A DNA stretch of 63,511 nt, the filler included, from Rhabdomonas costata (Eukaryota), in the NCBI GenBank assembly GCA_019059605.1. It is 12 parts of 12 records of this genome, joined end to end, with 100 filler letters (N's around TTAATTAATTAA, not from the genome) between each part and the next. Parts side by side here need not be neighbours in the genome. Positions count along the whole stretch, not along the records: positions 58,440 to 63,511 come from JAHMHO010000105.1; 11 more parts are not named here. The stretch is one strand, 5' to 3'. Below, piece by piece: positions 63,157 through 63,511 of the stretch. The number at the start of each line of letters is the position of its first letter. The stretch's first letter is position 1. The notes under the pieces were generated by a model. It saw only the letters and a program-made list of their open reading frames with translations, was not told the origin of the DNA and did not search any database. Both the position numbers and the translations under genes were made by a program.

Positions 63157-63511
63157 GTCTGTCCCCTCCATGCCATTTGCCTCACGCCAATCGTTTTAAT
63201 TTGAGAAGAGAGCTGCCTCCTCGAAAATGCGGCAGTCAAATGCACAATCACAGCCGTTGCACTGATTGCTCTCTTGGAAACATAGTTTAGCTACTGACAC
63301 CCACCCAAGTAGGATGCTGAAATCCGTCGACGATGGGCCCAAACTTGTGCTCTTCCTTCTAAAGATTCCCCGCAAGCCTCGCTCATGCGTGGTAGCGGGC
63401 GACTCAGGAATGCGATGACAGCTCAATCTACAACTGTCCTCAGCCAAGGGGTCTACTAGACATCACCAACCGTCCGCTTCTGGGACCACAGAACCCAACC
63501 ACACCCAACAC

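Noticed and set aside
15693..63511. Functional cluster of channel, cyclase, CFAP47 and LIM genes as a flagellar signalling locus
   Set aside because: Each gene is on a separate artificially joined contig, so adjacency carries no information.

Overview
Eukaryotic, intron-rich DNA from a flagellated protist; euglenozoan-like by inference from gene content and retroelement types, but the species cannot be identified. The window is not one locus. It is 12 unrelated pieces of about 5.1-6.0 kb joined by 100-nt N spacers carrying TTAATTAATTAA, so gene neighbourhood across spacers has no meaning. I reconstructed by hand, with GT-AG or GC-AG introns, partial genes for a four-domain-type voltage-gated cation channel, PrpF, TDP1, CFAP47, a CRAL-TRIO protein, a LIM-domain protein, a class III nucleotide cyclase with a second degenerate cyclase domain, and a PDR/ABCG transporter. 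Several multi-exon genes remain unidentified. Mobile DNA includes a near-complete but disabled LINE, a decayed DIRS/Ngaro/VIPER-type RT-RNase H, a candidate MITE and a small dispersed GC-rich element with a (CA)n tail found on two contigs. The best second-look items are that dispersed element, the active-plus-pseudo cyclase pair, the channel (E/Q/E pore and two homopolymer frame breaks, one at TTT-TAA), a template-switch inverted triplication, and polarised G/T and C/A contig-end tails with adjacent fold-backs that are probably library artefacts. I found no single clear-cut novel multi-gene system.
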